A stretch of DNA of 64,000 nt from Candidatus Eiseniibacteriota bacterium (GTDB lineage Bacteria > Eisenbacteria > RBG-16-71-46), in the NCBI GenBank assembly GCA_963744995.1, contig CAVUWA010000011.1:128001-192000 (forward strand), read 5' to 3'. The translations under genes and the position numbers were made by a program. A model generated the notes under the pieces. That model made no database searches. It saw only the letters and a list, made by a program, of their open reading frames with translations, and was not told the origin of the DNA. Below are positions 21,269 through 30,766 of the stretch, in pieces (within the stretch, counting starts at the first letter, position 1; every line of letters begins with the position of its first letter).

Positions 21269-23487
21269 CGCTGCGCCTCCGCGGCGGCAGGCGCGTCGAG
21301 CTGCGCCGTGAAGGTGGATGCATCGGTGGTCGGCAGCTTGCAGGCGTAGTTCACGCATACGTAGGCCGTGGCCTTTCCGTCTTTCAGCACCAGTGGCTCC
21401 ACGAAACCGGCGAGTCGCGCGAGGTCCTTCTGGCGCGTGCCGCCGTCGACGAACAGCAGGAAGTCGTGAGGCAGGAAACGTCGGTTGAACGCGTCGATCA
21501 TGGCCCGGGTATCGGCGCGCCCGGCCGCTCCGGCGACGACGACGTGGCGCGGCGTCGCCCGCTCGAGGTCCATGGCGACCAGCATCTGTGGCATTGCAGC
21601 AGCTCCCGCAGCCAGGCGTGTTGCGAAGTAGTTGAAGGACTGTGTGGCCTTTGTCAACCAGTCCTCGCGGTCGAGCAGCCGTCCGAGGCGCGCCAGATTG
21701 CCGGTCGCAATCGAGTTGCCCGCGATCTCGGCCCCGTCGAAACCGTCCTTGATGCGAATTCGGATGCCCGGATCGCCCGCGGGACTCTCGAAGAATCCGC
21801 CGTGCCCGGCGTCCCAGAAGCGCCCGATCTGCGCCTCGGTGACGGCCACCGCGCGCTCGAGCCAGCGAGGCTCCAGCGTGGCTTCGTAGAGATCCGTGCA
21901 GCCGAGCGTGTAGTAGGCATAGTCGTCGAGCTGCCCCGCTTCCGCGGCCTCGCCGTCGCGCCAGCGCCGCTGCATGGCGCCGCGCTGCGCGTCGTAGAGG
22001 TGCGTCCAGACGAACTCGGCCGCGCGCACCGCGCGCCGGGTGAGCTCCGGATCGCCGAGCACGCGGCCGCCGCGCGCGAACGCCGAGATCATCAGGCCGT
22101 TCCAGGCGACGAGCACCTTGTCGTCCAGATGCGGGTGCACGCGCTGCGAACGGGCGGCGAGCAGCTTCGCGCGCGCGGCCTCGAGGCGTTGCGCGGCGTC
22201 GGCGGGATCGAGCCCGAACGCTCCGGCCGTCTCCTCCAGCGTGTGGGCCTCGTGCAGGATGCTGGTGCCGCGTTCGAAGTTGCCTTGCCCGGTCACTCCG
22301 TAGCGGTGATTGAAGAGCGCGGCCGGATCCTTCCCCAGCACCTGTTCGGTCTCGGCAGGCGTCCAGACGTAGAACCTGCCTTCTTCACCCTCGCTGTCGG
22401 CATCCTCCGCGGAATAGAACGCGCCGTCCTTCGAGGTCAGTTCACGCTCGACGTAGCCGAAGACGTCGCGCGCGGTGGCGGCGTACTTCGCCTCGCCGGT
22501 GATCTGAAACGCTTCGAGGTACGACCATGCGAGCTGCGCCTGATCGTAGAGCATCTTCTCGAAGTGCGGGACGAGCCAGTGGCGGTCGGTCGAATAGCGG
22601 TGGAAGCCGCCGCCCACCTGGTCGTGGATTCCGCCCCTCGCCATCGCATCGAGCTGCGCGAGCGCCATGTCACGCGCCGCGCGCCGGTTCGCGGGGTCGG
22701 CCGCCCAGTAGCGGAACAGGAAATTGAGGTTCACGGTGGATGGGAACCTGGGCGGGTTGCCGAAGCCGCCGAGCTCGGGGTCGTACGCCTGCGCGAGGGA
22801 GGCGTATGCCGAATCGAACAGTGAATCGGCCGGCGCCGGCGCGCCGGCGGGAACGTTGAGCGCCGCGATCGCGTCGAGCACGCGGCGCCCCTGATCGGCG
22901 AGCTTCTCGCCGTCCTCGGTCCAGACCTCGTGGATACGCGGCAGCACTTCCGCGAGTCCGGGCCGCCCCATCCGCGCCGAAGGCGGGAAATACGTGCCGC
23001 CGTAGAACGGCTCGAGATCCGGCGTCAGGAACACGTTGAGCGGCCAGCCTCCGCCCATGCCCATCGCCTGCATCGCCTGCATGTAGACGCGGTCCACGTC
23101 CGGCCGTTCCTCGCGGTCCACTTTGACCGGGACGAACCAGCGGTTGAGCAGCGCCGCGATCGAGTCGTTCTCGAACGACTCGCGTTCCATGACGTGGCAC
23201 CAGTGGCACGTCGAGTAGCCGATCGAGAGGAAGATCGGCCGCTTCTCGCGTCGGGCCTTCTCGAACGCCGCGTCGCCCCACGGGTACCAGTCCACCGGGT
23301 TGTACGCGTGCTGGAGCAGGTACGGGCTCTTCTCGTGAATCAGGTGGTTGGGCTTCTCGCCGGCGTGGCTGGCGTCGTTCATGGCAGTGAAGGAACCGCG
23401 CTCGCCCGCGCCGCCCGGCGTGCACTGCGCAAGGGCGAACGCCATGGCCGCGACGCTCAACCCGCGCGCGGCGTGGCGGAAGGTCAC
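21265..23487 (-). CDS. YyaL/DUF255 (SPATA20-like) thioredoxin + six-hairpin domain protein with N-terminal signal/lipoprotein-like peptide
   Basis: [77 protein letters not shown] before GTG. Confidence 0.92.
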   Translation of the reverse strand: MTFRHAARGLSVAAMAFALAQCTPGGAGERGSFTAMNDASHAGEKPNHLIHEKSPYLLQHAYNPVDWYPWGDAAFEKARREKRPIFLSIGYSTCHWCHVMERESFENDSIAALLNRWFVPVKVDREERPDVDRVYMQAMQAMGMGGGWPLNVFLTPDLEPFYGGTYFPPSARMGRPGLAEVLPRIHEVWTEDGEKLADQGRRVLDAIAALNVPAGAPAPADSLFDSAYASLAQAYDPELGGFGNPPRFPSTVNLNFLFRYWAADPANRRAARDMALAQLDAMARGGIHDQVGGGFHRYSTDRHWLVPHFEKMLYDQAQLAWSYLEAFQITGEAKYAATARDVFGYVERELTSKDGAFYSAEDADSEGEEGRFYVWTPAETEQVLGKDPAALFNHRYGVTGQGNFERGTSILHEAHTLEETAGAFGLDPADAAQRLEAARAKLLAARSQRVHPHLDDKVLVAWNGLMISAFARGGRVLGDPELTRRAVRAAEFVWTHLYDAQRGAMQRRWRDGEAAEAGQLDDYAYYTLGCTDLYEATLEPRWLERAVAVTEAQIGRFWDAGHGGFFESPAGDPGIRIRIKDGFDGAEIAGNSIATGNLARLGRLLDREDWLTKATQSFNYFATRLAAGAAAMPQMLVAMDLERATPRHVVVAGAAGRADTRAMIDAFNRRFLPHDFLLFVDGGTRQKDLARLAGFVEPLVLKDGKATAYVCVNYACKLPTTDASTFTAQLDAPAAAEAQR

Positions 23488-23598
23488 GACGGTTCCGCTC
23501 CTGATCGGGTCCGGGTGCACTCCGGTCGGCCGAGGGACGTCCCCGCCGGAGATCGAATGGGCGAGAGTAGCAGACCGATACGGAACGACGAATCGGGG

Positions 23599-23642
23599 CG
23601 GGCGGCGCGGAGCGGGCGGCGCGGAGCGGGCGGCGCGGAGCG
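23599..23642. repeat. Tandem repeat, 14-bp unit CGGGCGGCGCGGAG x3
   Basis: Three exact copies at 23599, 23613 and 23627 in the intergenic region. Confidence 0.9.
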
Positions 23643-23663
23643 CGCCCCGGTGCCGGGGTGGCC

Positions 23664-24200
23664 CTACCCCCGCCTTCCCGCGGCGTGCTCGAACCACTTC
23701 TCGCTCGCGCGGAACGAGGCACGCGCGAGCCACAGCGACGCCGGCACGAGGAGCGTCACGAGCACGATCTGCATGCCGAGGCCCGAAGCCCAGGCGGGCG
23801 CGGCCGGCGCGGGGGCGGTGTTCAGCTTTTCGAGCCACACCGCCGCCACGACTCCGGCGCGGGCGATGGCATCCCACTGCCAGAACATCAGTCCGCAGAG
23901 CGCCGCGGCGCCGACGGCGGCCGGGTCGGTGGCGGCGCGCACCCACCAGGGGAACGCGTCGCGCCAGGGTCGCACGACGGCGACCGGAGCCTGTTCGAGC
24001 GCGGCGATCCGCGCCATCACGGCGTCGGTGAGGGTCGCGGGCGCAGGGAATGCCGCGCGGGCGAGGCCGGCCTCGATGGCTTCGGCGGCGGCGAGGGCGG
24101 CGGCGCAGCGCGCACAGCCGGCGGCGTGGGCGCGCGCCTCGCGCGCCGCCGCTTCCGGCATCCCGTCGTCCAGCCAGCGTTCGAACGTCGCGCAGTTCAT
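23664..24200 (-). CDS. Zinc-finger (zf-HC2/ZAS) membrane anti-sigma factor
   Basis: MNC...HAAGCARC (Cys + HxxxCxxC), two or three hydrophobic segments, ATGA overlap with ECF. Confidence 0.8.
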   Translation of the reverse strand: MNCATFERWLDDGMPEAAAREARAHAAGCARCAAALAAAEAIEAGLARAAFPAPATLTDAVMARIAALEQAPVAVVRPWRDAFPWWVRAATDPAAVGAAALCGLMFWQWDAIARAGVVAAVWLEKLNTAPAPAAPAWASGLGMQIVLVTLLVPASLWLARASFRASEKWFEHAAGRRG

Positions 24201-24784
24201 GCGTCTTCTCCCGTCCGGCGCAGCCACGCGCCGCGCAGCGCGGCGCGCGCGCGCGCGAGGTGCGTCTTCACCGTGTTCGCCGGCATGCCCAGCGTCTCCG
24301 CGACTTCCTTCACCGAGCGCTCCTCATAATAGAACAGCGTCACGACCGCGCGCTGCGCGTCCGGCAGCGCCCTGACCAGCGCTTCCAGCAGGCGGGCCGG
24401 CTGGCCGGCGAGCGGATCCGGCGCCGCGCCGCCCGGCAGCGCCTCCGCCTCCTCCACCGCGGTCTCACGTCCGCGCCGGCGCCTGAGCGCCTGCAGCCGG
24501 TCGAAGGACCGCCGCGTCACGATCCGGTACAGCCAGGTCGAAAACTTCGCGTCGCCGCGGAACGCCGGCAGCGCTTTCCACGCCCGGACGAACGCCTCCT
24601 GGACCGCCTCTTCCGCCTCCTCGGCCTGCGCCAGGATCCGCAGCGCAACGCCGTATGCCACATGGCGATGGGCGTCCACCAGGTGCCTGAAGGCATCGGC
24701 GTCCCCTGCCCGGGCGCGCTCGATCCACGCGGCCTCCTGGGCGCCGTCCGTCCCGGTGTCGTGGGCCAGGGCTTCGTCCTCCAC
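24197..24784 (-). CDS. ECF sigma factor (SigW/RpoE-like)
   Basis: [46 protein letters not shown] start chosen from promoter position (ORF caller start 24820). Confidence 0.9.
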   Translation of the reverse strand: MEDEALAHDTGTDGAQEAAWIERARAGDADAFRHLVDAHRHVAYGVALRILAQAEEAEEAVQEAFVRAWKALPAFRGDAKFSTWLYRIVTRRSFDRLQALRRRRGRETAVEEAEALPGGAAPDPLAGQPARLLEALVRALPDAQRAVVTLFYYEERSVKEVAETLGMPANTVKTHLARARAALRGAWLRRTGEDA

Positions 24785-24791
24785 CCTCTCC

Positions 24792-24819
24792 GACCGGCCG
24801 CGGGGTTCATCCGGTTTCA
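24792..24819 (-). promoter_or_regulatory. Putative ECF promoter TGAAAC-N17-CGGTC driving the sigma gene
   Basis: Same bipartite motif as the divergent copy at 24855-24881. Confidence 0.55.
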
Positions 24820-24854
24820 ACCTTTTTCACGCCCCCAGGCCGCAGGCGGATTCC

Positions 24855-24881
24855 TGAAACCGGCTGCGGCGCTCGCCGGTC
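24855..24881 (+). promoter_or_regulatory. Putative ECF promoter TGAAAC-N16-CGGTC driving the membrane-protein genes
   Basis: AAC-type -35 and GTC-type -10; mirrored on the opposite strand. Confidence 0.55.
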
Positions 24882-24954
24882 CTAAGGGACGAAAGCAGGG
24901 CCACGGGCGCCCGGCAAGTCGCAAATTCCCACACGGAACCTCGAAGGAGCCGTC

Positions 24955-25395
24955 ATGTACATCGCGGATCTCGGTCCAGAAATCATCGCGCCGGTGCTCG
25001 TCTTCGCCATTCCGATCATCGCCATCGTCGGCGGGATCACCGCCGGCATCGTCCGCACGATCGGCCGCCAGCGTCTCGTCGAAATGGCGCAGCGGGAGCG
25101 CATCGCCGCGATCGAGCGGGGCATCGATCCCAGCAAGCTGCCGCCGCTGCCGTTCGCGGACGAAGACCGTGGAGCATTCGGCACGGGCGAGGACAGCGAC
25201 CGCCGCCGCGCGCAGGGCCTCATGATCGGCGGCATCGTCACGACGGCCGCGGGCCTCGGACTCGGCCTGTTCCTCTACATGTTCCGCGACACCACCGGCG
25301 AGCCGCAGCTGTGGGCGGTTGGTCTCATGCCGGGAATCATCGGTCTCGCGCTGCTGCTGAGCGCGTGGCTCGTGCGGCCGAAGAACGGCTCGTAG
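24955..25395 (+). CDS. Membrane protein, DUF6249-like
   Basis: TM helix, ERIAAIERGID motif, two further TM helices; AAGGAG RBS; divergent from ECF. Confidence 0.7.
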   Translation: MYIADLGPEIIAPVLVFAIPIIAIVGGITAGIVRTIGRQRLVEMAQRERIAAIERGIDPSKLPPLPFADEDRGAFGTGEDSDRRRAQGLMIGGIVTTAAGLGLGLFLYMFRDTTGEPQLWAVGLMPGIIGLALLLSAWLVRPKNGS

Positions 25396-25414
25396 GCCGG
25401 AAAGGAACCCGACG

Positions 25415-25603
25415 ATGAACTTCTCCGACTGGCTCGCTCTGTTCCTGACCTTCGGCACGGTGACGATGGCGCTCTCGATCTTCGTCGCCTGGCGCGTGGC
25501 CGGCGAAGTGCGGCGCAATCGAGTGAGGCGCCTGCGGGTCGAAGCGCGGCTCGCCGCCTACCGGCACGCGGTGGCAGTGGAGGCGGAGCGGAACGCGTCC
25601 TGA
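25415..25603 (+). CDS. Small single-pass membrane protein (62 aa)
   Basis: AAGGA RBS, GC3-rich codons, one hydrophobic helix followed by a basic tail. Confidence 0.6.
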   Translation: MNFSDWLALFLTFGTVTMALSIFVAWRVAGEVRRNRVRRLRVEARLAAYRHAVAVEAERNAS

Positions 25604-25739
25604 GGGCGCTGCGGCGGGGACTCGAAGATTCGCGGGAATGCCGCCCGGGGTGAGCACGGGAATCCCGGGCATCCTCCGGACGGAGCGCGCGGGTACGGCG
25701 AATCACCGGCGGTCGCGGCCGCACGGCGAAGTTCAGTGC

Positions 25740-28634
25740 CTACGCTTCGGCCCTGGTCCCGCCGGCCAGCGACACCGTGCGGATCTTCTCTTCGCCGAGC
25801 GCAGGTTCGGTCTCCGCGAGCCGCTGGTGGCGGCCGCGATGGCAGGTCACGACGACGATCTGATGCCGCCCGGCAAAGTGCTCGACCAGCAGCTTCATGC
25901 CTTCACGCGTGCGGTCGTCGTCGCTGTTCGCGAACGCATCGTCGATCAGCAGCGGCAGCGGTGCGCGGCCGCGTGACAGATACTCGCTCACGGCGAGGCG
26001 CACCGCGAAGTGCAGCTGGTCCTGCGCGCCGCTCGACAGCTGCAGCATCGCCTTGCCGCGGGCGACCTGGCGGCCATCGGCATACTTGATCGAGAAATCG
26101 AGGTCGTCGCCGAAGCGCACTTCGGTGACGCCGGTGCCGACCGATGCGAGCAGTTCGCCGACGCGCTGATTCAGGTGCTCGGCCCAGCGCCGGTGCGTGG
26201 ACTGCGCGACGCTCTGGATGGTCTCGCGCGCGAGGACCGTCGCCCGTTCGAAACGCCGGGCGCGCTCCAGCGCCGCATCCAGCCGTTCGAGCAGCGCCAG
26301 CTTCTCCGGATGCTCGCGGTGATGTTTGCGCCACTGCTCTTCGACGCCGAGCCGTAGATCGGTGCGCCAGTTTTGGATCTCGGTGAGGCGTTTGTTGACG
26401 CGCTGCACCTCGCGGTCGACCTCGACCTGGCTGCGCGCGGGCTTTCCGACCGCCGGCGCGGCGACGCCGTCGTCCTCCAGCGCCTGCAGGTGCTGCTTCT
26501 TCTCTTCGATCTCCTGCTCGGAAAGCAGGTTGCGTTCGGCCGCGGGAATGACCTCCTCGACCAGCGTCCGGTGCCGCGTGCGCCCCTGCAGCCGCTCCGC
26601 CAGGTCCCTGACGTGATCCGACCACGGCCGCTCGGGATCGTAGGTCAGCCCGGCCCCGTGCAGCGTGCGCACCGCGCGCTCCTTGAGTCCCGCCGCGGTC
26701 GCTTCGGCCATACGCTTCTCGTCGTCGATCCAGGACCAGCTGGTCTCGAGGCTCTCGGCGCGCTGTCTGGTCGCCCGCGCATGGCGGATCCCGGCGGCGA
26801 TGCGCTCGAGGTTCGTCGGTTCCGGCGAGCCGCCGCCCACCTTCTCGAGCAGCTCGTGCACGCTGTCGAGCACGGACTTGCGCTGAGCGTCGAGCGCGGC
26901 GATCCCTTCCTGCGCACGCAGCACGGGGGCGCTGTCGTCCATGATGCGCACGTACTCGTTCCACTCGCGCGTGAGCTCGACCGGATCGCGGAAGCCCAGC
27001 TCCTTGCACATCTCGTTGAGTCCGACCTCGAACTGGGTGCGCTGCTGGCGGATCTGGTTGAGCCGGCGCTGCGCGTCGCTGAGCTTCTTCAGCGATTCCT
27101 CGCGATCGTCGTGGCGCAGATTCGCGCCCGAGGCCAGCATCCCCCAACCGACGATCACCAGCACGAGGCCACCGACCAGCAGTCCGTTCCAGAGCGCCAC
27201 CAGCCCGCCGATCGCCATGACCGCCACGCCGGCGGCGGCGCCGCCGAGGCCGAGCGCGAGCAGGAACCAGCCGGGCAGCCGGCGGCCGTTGCGTGCCGCG
27301 TCGATCTCGCGCAGCGTCTCGGTGCTGCTGGTGCGCGTCTGCTCGAGGTTCGCGACCTCGGTCTGGAACCCGAGCGACACTTCGGCCTGATTGCGCAACA
27401 GCTTCTGCTGCGCTTCGGTCACACCCTCGAACCGCTGCGTCAGATCCTGAATGCGTTCCGGCTCGTAGCCGCGGCTGGCGAGCGCCTCGCGCTGGCTGAA
27501 CACGTTGTCCTTGAGCCGGCTGTCGGCCTCGCCGATGCGCCGGATCTCAGCGGCCAGCGCGACGAACCGGTCGGCGTCGTCGATCGTGCAGTTCTCGTAC
27601 TGCTGCACGCTCTCGAGCTCCTGATCGATCGCCTTGCGCTCGCGGTTCTGCTCGTCCTGGCGCCGCGCTTCGAGCGCTTCGAGGTTGCGCTGCGCCTCTT
27701 CGTAGCGCGCGATCGTCTCGCGCAGCTCGGACTCCGCGCCCGCGGGCAGGTGCGACACCGTGGCCAGGGAATCCGCCTCTTCACGCAGCTTGCGCAGCTC
27801 CTCGCGGCGAGCGGCGTCCGACTCGAGCTGCCGCCGGATGTCGGCGCCCACGCTGCCGCGCCGTTCCTCTTCCAGCCGCTCCAGCTCCGCGCGCGCGTTT
27901 CGCTCGTCCTCGCCGCGCCGCGCCAGCTCTTCGAGCGGGCCGGCCATTTCTTCGAAGTCGTGCTCCAGCTTCTTGAGCTCGACCTCGACCATGCCGCGCT
28001 TGGCCTCGAGTGCCTTGATGACGTTCTCGACCTTCATGGTCGAGCTCAGCTCTTCGCAGGTGTACTGATTCGCCGCCTGTTCGAGCACGCGCATCGCCTC
28101 GGTCGCATTGGTGTCGCCGACGTGGGTGTCGGCTGCGCTCTCGAGCCGCGCACGCAGCGTGGAGGCGCGGCGGCTCTTCTCGTCGTCGGGGACGACCTCG
28201 GCGAGGTCGTCCTGACGGATGAACGCGCACTTCTCCCATTCGGCCTGATCGAGTCCGAGCAGCCGGTGACCGACCGGGTACGCGTCCTTGCCCTCGCGGA
28301 ATTCGGTCGTGACCTCGCGCCCCTGCTCGTTCCACACTTCCACCGTACCGCGCTCGAAGTCGCGCTTCACGGTGTAGGTCGTGTCGTCGACGCGCAGGTC
28401 GAGTTCGATCCGGAACCCGTCGCCCGACCACGGCCGCCAGCGCTCCAGCGGGGTGAGCACGCGATGCGACCGGCGGTCGCCATCGAGGCCGTAGAGCGCC
28501 GCCGTGATCGCGGCGAGCAGGCTCGACTTGCCGCGCTCGTTGTCGTCCACGACCAGGGTGACGCGCTCGGAATCGAACGCCCACTCACCGCGCAGCGGGC
28601 CGAAGCCGTCGGCCTTGAGCCGCAGCAGCTTCAT
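25740..28634 (-). CDS. SMC/Rad50-like coiled-coil ATPase (YhaN-like) with central transmembrane hairpin
   Basis: Walker A-like DDNERGKSS, long coiled coils, two hydrophobic helices, LSSG signature, LLIDDAF Walker B, TCH H-loop. Confidence 0.85.
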   Translation of the reverse strand: MKLLRLKADGFGPLRGEWAFDSERVTLVVDDNERGKSSLLAAITAALYGLDGDRRSHRVLTPLERWRPWSGDGFRIELDLRVDDTTYTVKRDFERGTVEVWNEQGREVTTEFREGKDAYPVGHRLLGLDQAEWEKCAFIRQDDLAEVVPDDEKSRRASTLRARLESAADTHVGDTNATEAMRVLEQAANQYTCEELSSTMKVENVIKALEAKRGMVEVELKKLEHDFEEMAGPLEELARRGEDERNARAELERLEEERRGSVGADIRRQLESDAARREELRKLREEADSLATVSHLPAGAESELRETIARYEEAQRNLEALEARRQDEQNRERKAIDQELESVQQYENCTIDDADRFVALAAEIRRIGEADSRLKDNVFSQREALASRGYEPERIQDLTQRFEGVTEAQQKLLRNQAEVSLGFQTEVANLEQTRTSSTETLREIDAARNGRRLPGWFLLALGLGGAAAGVAVMAIGGLVALWNGLLVGGLVLVIVGWGMLASGANLRHDDREESLKKLSDAQRRLNQIRQQRTQFEVGLNEMCKELGFRDPVELTREWNEYVRIMDDSAPVLRAQEGIAALDAQRKSVLDSVHELLEKVGGGSPEPTNLERIAAGIRHARATRQRAESLETSWSWIDDEKRMAEATAAGLKERAVRTLHGAGLTYDPERPWSDHVRDLAERLQGRTRHRTLVEEVIPAAERNLLSEQEIEEKKQHLQALEDDGVAAPAVGKPARSQVEVDREVQRVNKRLTEIQNWRTDLRLGVEEQWRKHHREHPEKLALLERLDAALERARRFERATVLARETIQSVAQSTHRRWAEHLNQRVGELLASVGTGVTEVRFGDDLDFSIKYADGRQVARGKAMLQLSSGAQDQLHFAVRLAVSEYLSRGRAPLPLLIDDAFANSDDDRTREGMKLLVEHFAGRHQIVVVTCHRGRHQRLAETEPALGEEKIRTVSLAGGTRAEA

Positions 28635-29863
28635 TCGCCCATCTCCTCGTAGACCGGCACGACCTCGCGCAGCCGGAAGGCGTCCAGCCCGTAGTACAGC
28701 GCGCTCTCGAGGATCGCCCGTTCGCGCGGATTCTTCTCGGCATCGAGGCGTTCGAGCAGCGCCTTGGCGAAGCGCTCTTCGGTGGTCGATGCGTCGGCGC
28801 GCCGGTACATGTCGAGGTCGTAGTCCGGACGCACGTTGCGCAGGTCCACGCGCAGGTAGAATGCGCGCGACGCGAGGTCCGCGCCCGCCCCCGCGTAGCG
28901 CACGCCCTTCACCAGCCGGCCGCGGAGCCGCACGGTCGCGAGATCCTTCTCGCTCACGCCGGCCGCATCGAGTGCGCCGGCGATCCGGCGGTCCACCTCT
29001 TCAGCGCTCGATGCCGCGGTGGCGTCGGCTTCGATCTCGTGCACGGTGCGGTCGTCGAGCTGAATGAAGTCGATTTCCACGAACGGCTTCCCGTCCTGTT
29101 CCTCGATCCGCACTTCGAGCGCGCCGTGCAGGCCGATCTCGTTCATCGCCAGCGCGACCGCGGAGCCGGCGTAGGCCAGTCGCGTCCCGCCCGCCCTGGC
29201 ATCGTGGGTGTCGAGTCGCGACGCGGCGTGGTAGTGGCCGACCGCCATGTACGCGAACGGCGCAGCCTGCGCTTCGGCATCGCTGAACGGTGCGGTGATC
29301 TTCTGCCCGGGCGGCAGCTTGCCCTCGCGCGAGCCGTGGAAGAGCGCGACGTGCAGGCCCTCCTGCGTGTCGGGCTTCACCTTCATCAGTGCCGCGCCGG
29401 CGAGCGGCCGCTCGGCCGACTCGACCGAAGGCGTGAAGCAGCGACCCCACACGGTGACATGGTCGAGCCCCTTCACGGGCTGCTTCGACCACTCCGCGGT
29501 CGTGAACACGTGCACGTGCTCCGGCCACTCGAGGCCGCGCGCCTTGAGGATGCGCGGGCTCCAGTAGACGCTCGTCAGGGTGAACGGGTCGTGGTTGCCG
29601 GGAGCGATGAATACGGGCGGGCAGCCTGTGACTTTGAACGCGTTCAGCGCGAATGCCAGCGAGTCGGCGTCGATGCCTTCCTGGTCGAACAGATCGCCGG
29701 CCACGAGAATCGCATTCGCCCCGCGCTCGATCGCCAGGGACACGGCGCGTTCGAGGGCCTGGCGCTGGTCGCGGCGGCGTTCCGCGCGACGGTCGGGCGG
29801 CAGCCAGCCGAGCGGCGCGCCCAGGTGGAGATCCGAGATCTGAAGGAACCGAGCGACGGCCAT
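28631..29863 (-). CDS. Mre11/SbcD-like metallophosphoesterase nuclease (YhaO-like)
   Basis: SDLHLG, AGDLFD, PGNHD, FHG, GHYH motifs; ATGA-coupled to the ATPase. Confidence 0.88.
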   Translation of the reverse strand: MAVARFLQISDLHLGAPLGWLPPDRRAERRRDQRQALERAVSLAIERGANAILVAGDLFDQEGIDADSLAFALNAFKVTGCPPVFIAPGNHDPFTLTSVYWSPRILKARGLEWPEHVHVFTTAEWSKQPVKGLDHVTVWGRCFTPSVESAERPLAGAALMKVKPDTQEGLHVALFHGSREGKLPPGQKITAPFSDAEAQAAPFAYMAVGHYHAASRLDTHDARAGGTRLAYAGSAVALAMNEIGLHGALEVRIEEQDGKPFVEIDFIQLDDRTVHEIEADATAASSAEEVDRRIAGALDAAGVSEKDLATVRLRGRLVKGVRYAGAGADLASRAFYLRVDLRNVRPDYDLDMYRRADASTTEERFAKALLERLDAEKNPRERAILESALYYGLDAFRLREVVPVYEEMGE

Positions 29864-29944
29864 GTCGTGAGGTGCTCCGGGATACGGCGGGGATCGATCC
29901 GGCCGGAGAATCATTCCGTTGCGCGGCCGCGGATCCGGAAGCGG

Positions 29945-29973
29945 ACGATAGCAGGAAGGTGATTACGGGGCAA
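29945..29973 (-). promoter_or_regulatory. Sigma70-type promoter TTGCCC-N17-TATCGT (extended TG) for nuclease/ATPase operon
   Basis: 17-nt spacing and TGn extension. Confidence 0.45.
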
Positions 29974-29977
29974 CGCG

Positions 29978-30006
29978 TTGAAAGCATCTGCCGGCGCCTC
30001 TACCAT
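29978..30006 (+). promoter_or_regulatory. Sigma70-type promoter TTGAAA-N17-TACCAT
   Basis: 17-nt spacing; upstream of GGAG RBS and ATG 30023. Confidence 0.55.
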
Positions 30007-30022
30007 GCTCCCGGAGATGCCC

Positions 30023-30766
30023 ATGACCGAACCTTCCACCCCGCCGACCGCAGCCCCCCCGCTCGCCCGTGAATTCGAACGCCGGGTGAACTGGGGCGCC
30101 CTGCCGGCGATCCTCTTTCTGGTGATGCTGGTGTCGCTCGCTGCGATCGCCGCGTACTCGACGTTCGCGGCGCCGCGCACGGCGCACGGCATGCCCGCCG
30201 ATCCGGACGTGGACGCCGCCCGCGCCCTGCTCGCGGGACACATGAACTCCCCGGCTCAGGACCTGCGCTTCACCTCGTCGCTCACCGGCGACGTCGGCCC
30301 GCTGCCGGTCGCGCCGGATCCCGATCGGCTCGCCGCTGCCCGCGAGCGCCTCGAGCGGGTGCTCGAGCGGCATGCGTTCGACCCGCGGGCGCTCACCGCG
30401 CTCGCCCACGTCGAGCTGGCTCTCCGGCGCGGCAGGCGCGCGGAGGCGCACTACCGGCTGGCGCTCGAGTTCGCGCCCCACTACGGCGAGGCGCGGCTCG
30501 GCCTCGGCCTCGCGCTCGCGCAGCGTTCGTACGCGACGGCCGACACGCACGAACGGCGCCGGCTCCAGCTGCGCGCTCTGGCGCAGTTCGCGGCCGTTTC
30601 CGAGGACGACCCCGTCTACCTCGCGGCGCTGCACGACCGCGCGATGATGGCCCTGTTCGCCGGCCGCCGCCAGGCGGCGGAGCGTCTCGGCGAGCAGTAT
30701 TTCGCCCGCGATCCGGACGGCCCCTGGGCCGTGCGGCTCCGGGCCGCGCTCGGAGGACACGCATGA
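30023..30766 (+). CDS. Membrane-anchored TPR-like protein
   Basis: N-terminal TM helix, helical TPR-like repeats (AEAHYRLALEFAP...ARLGLGLALA). Confidence 0.65.
   Translation: MTEPSTPPTAAPPLAREFERRVNWGALPAILFLVMLVSLAAIAAYSTFAAPRTAHGMPADPDVDAARALLAGHMNSPAQDLRFTSSLTGDVGPLPVAPDPDRLAAARERLERVLERHAFDPRALTALAHVELALRRGRRAEAHYRLALEFAPHYGEARLGLGLALAQRSYATADTHERRRLQLRALAQFAAVSEDDPVYLAALHDRAMMALFAGRRQAAERLGEQYFARDPDGPWAVRLRAALGGHA

Noticed and set aside
25740..29863. Wadjet, Lamassu or another named SMC defence system
   Set aside because: Only a two-gene Mre11-like + ATPase unit; no kleisin/KITE, JetD or LmuA/C-like genes alongside
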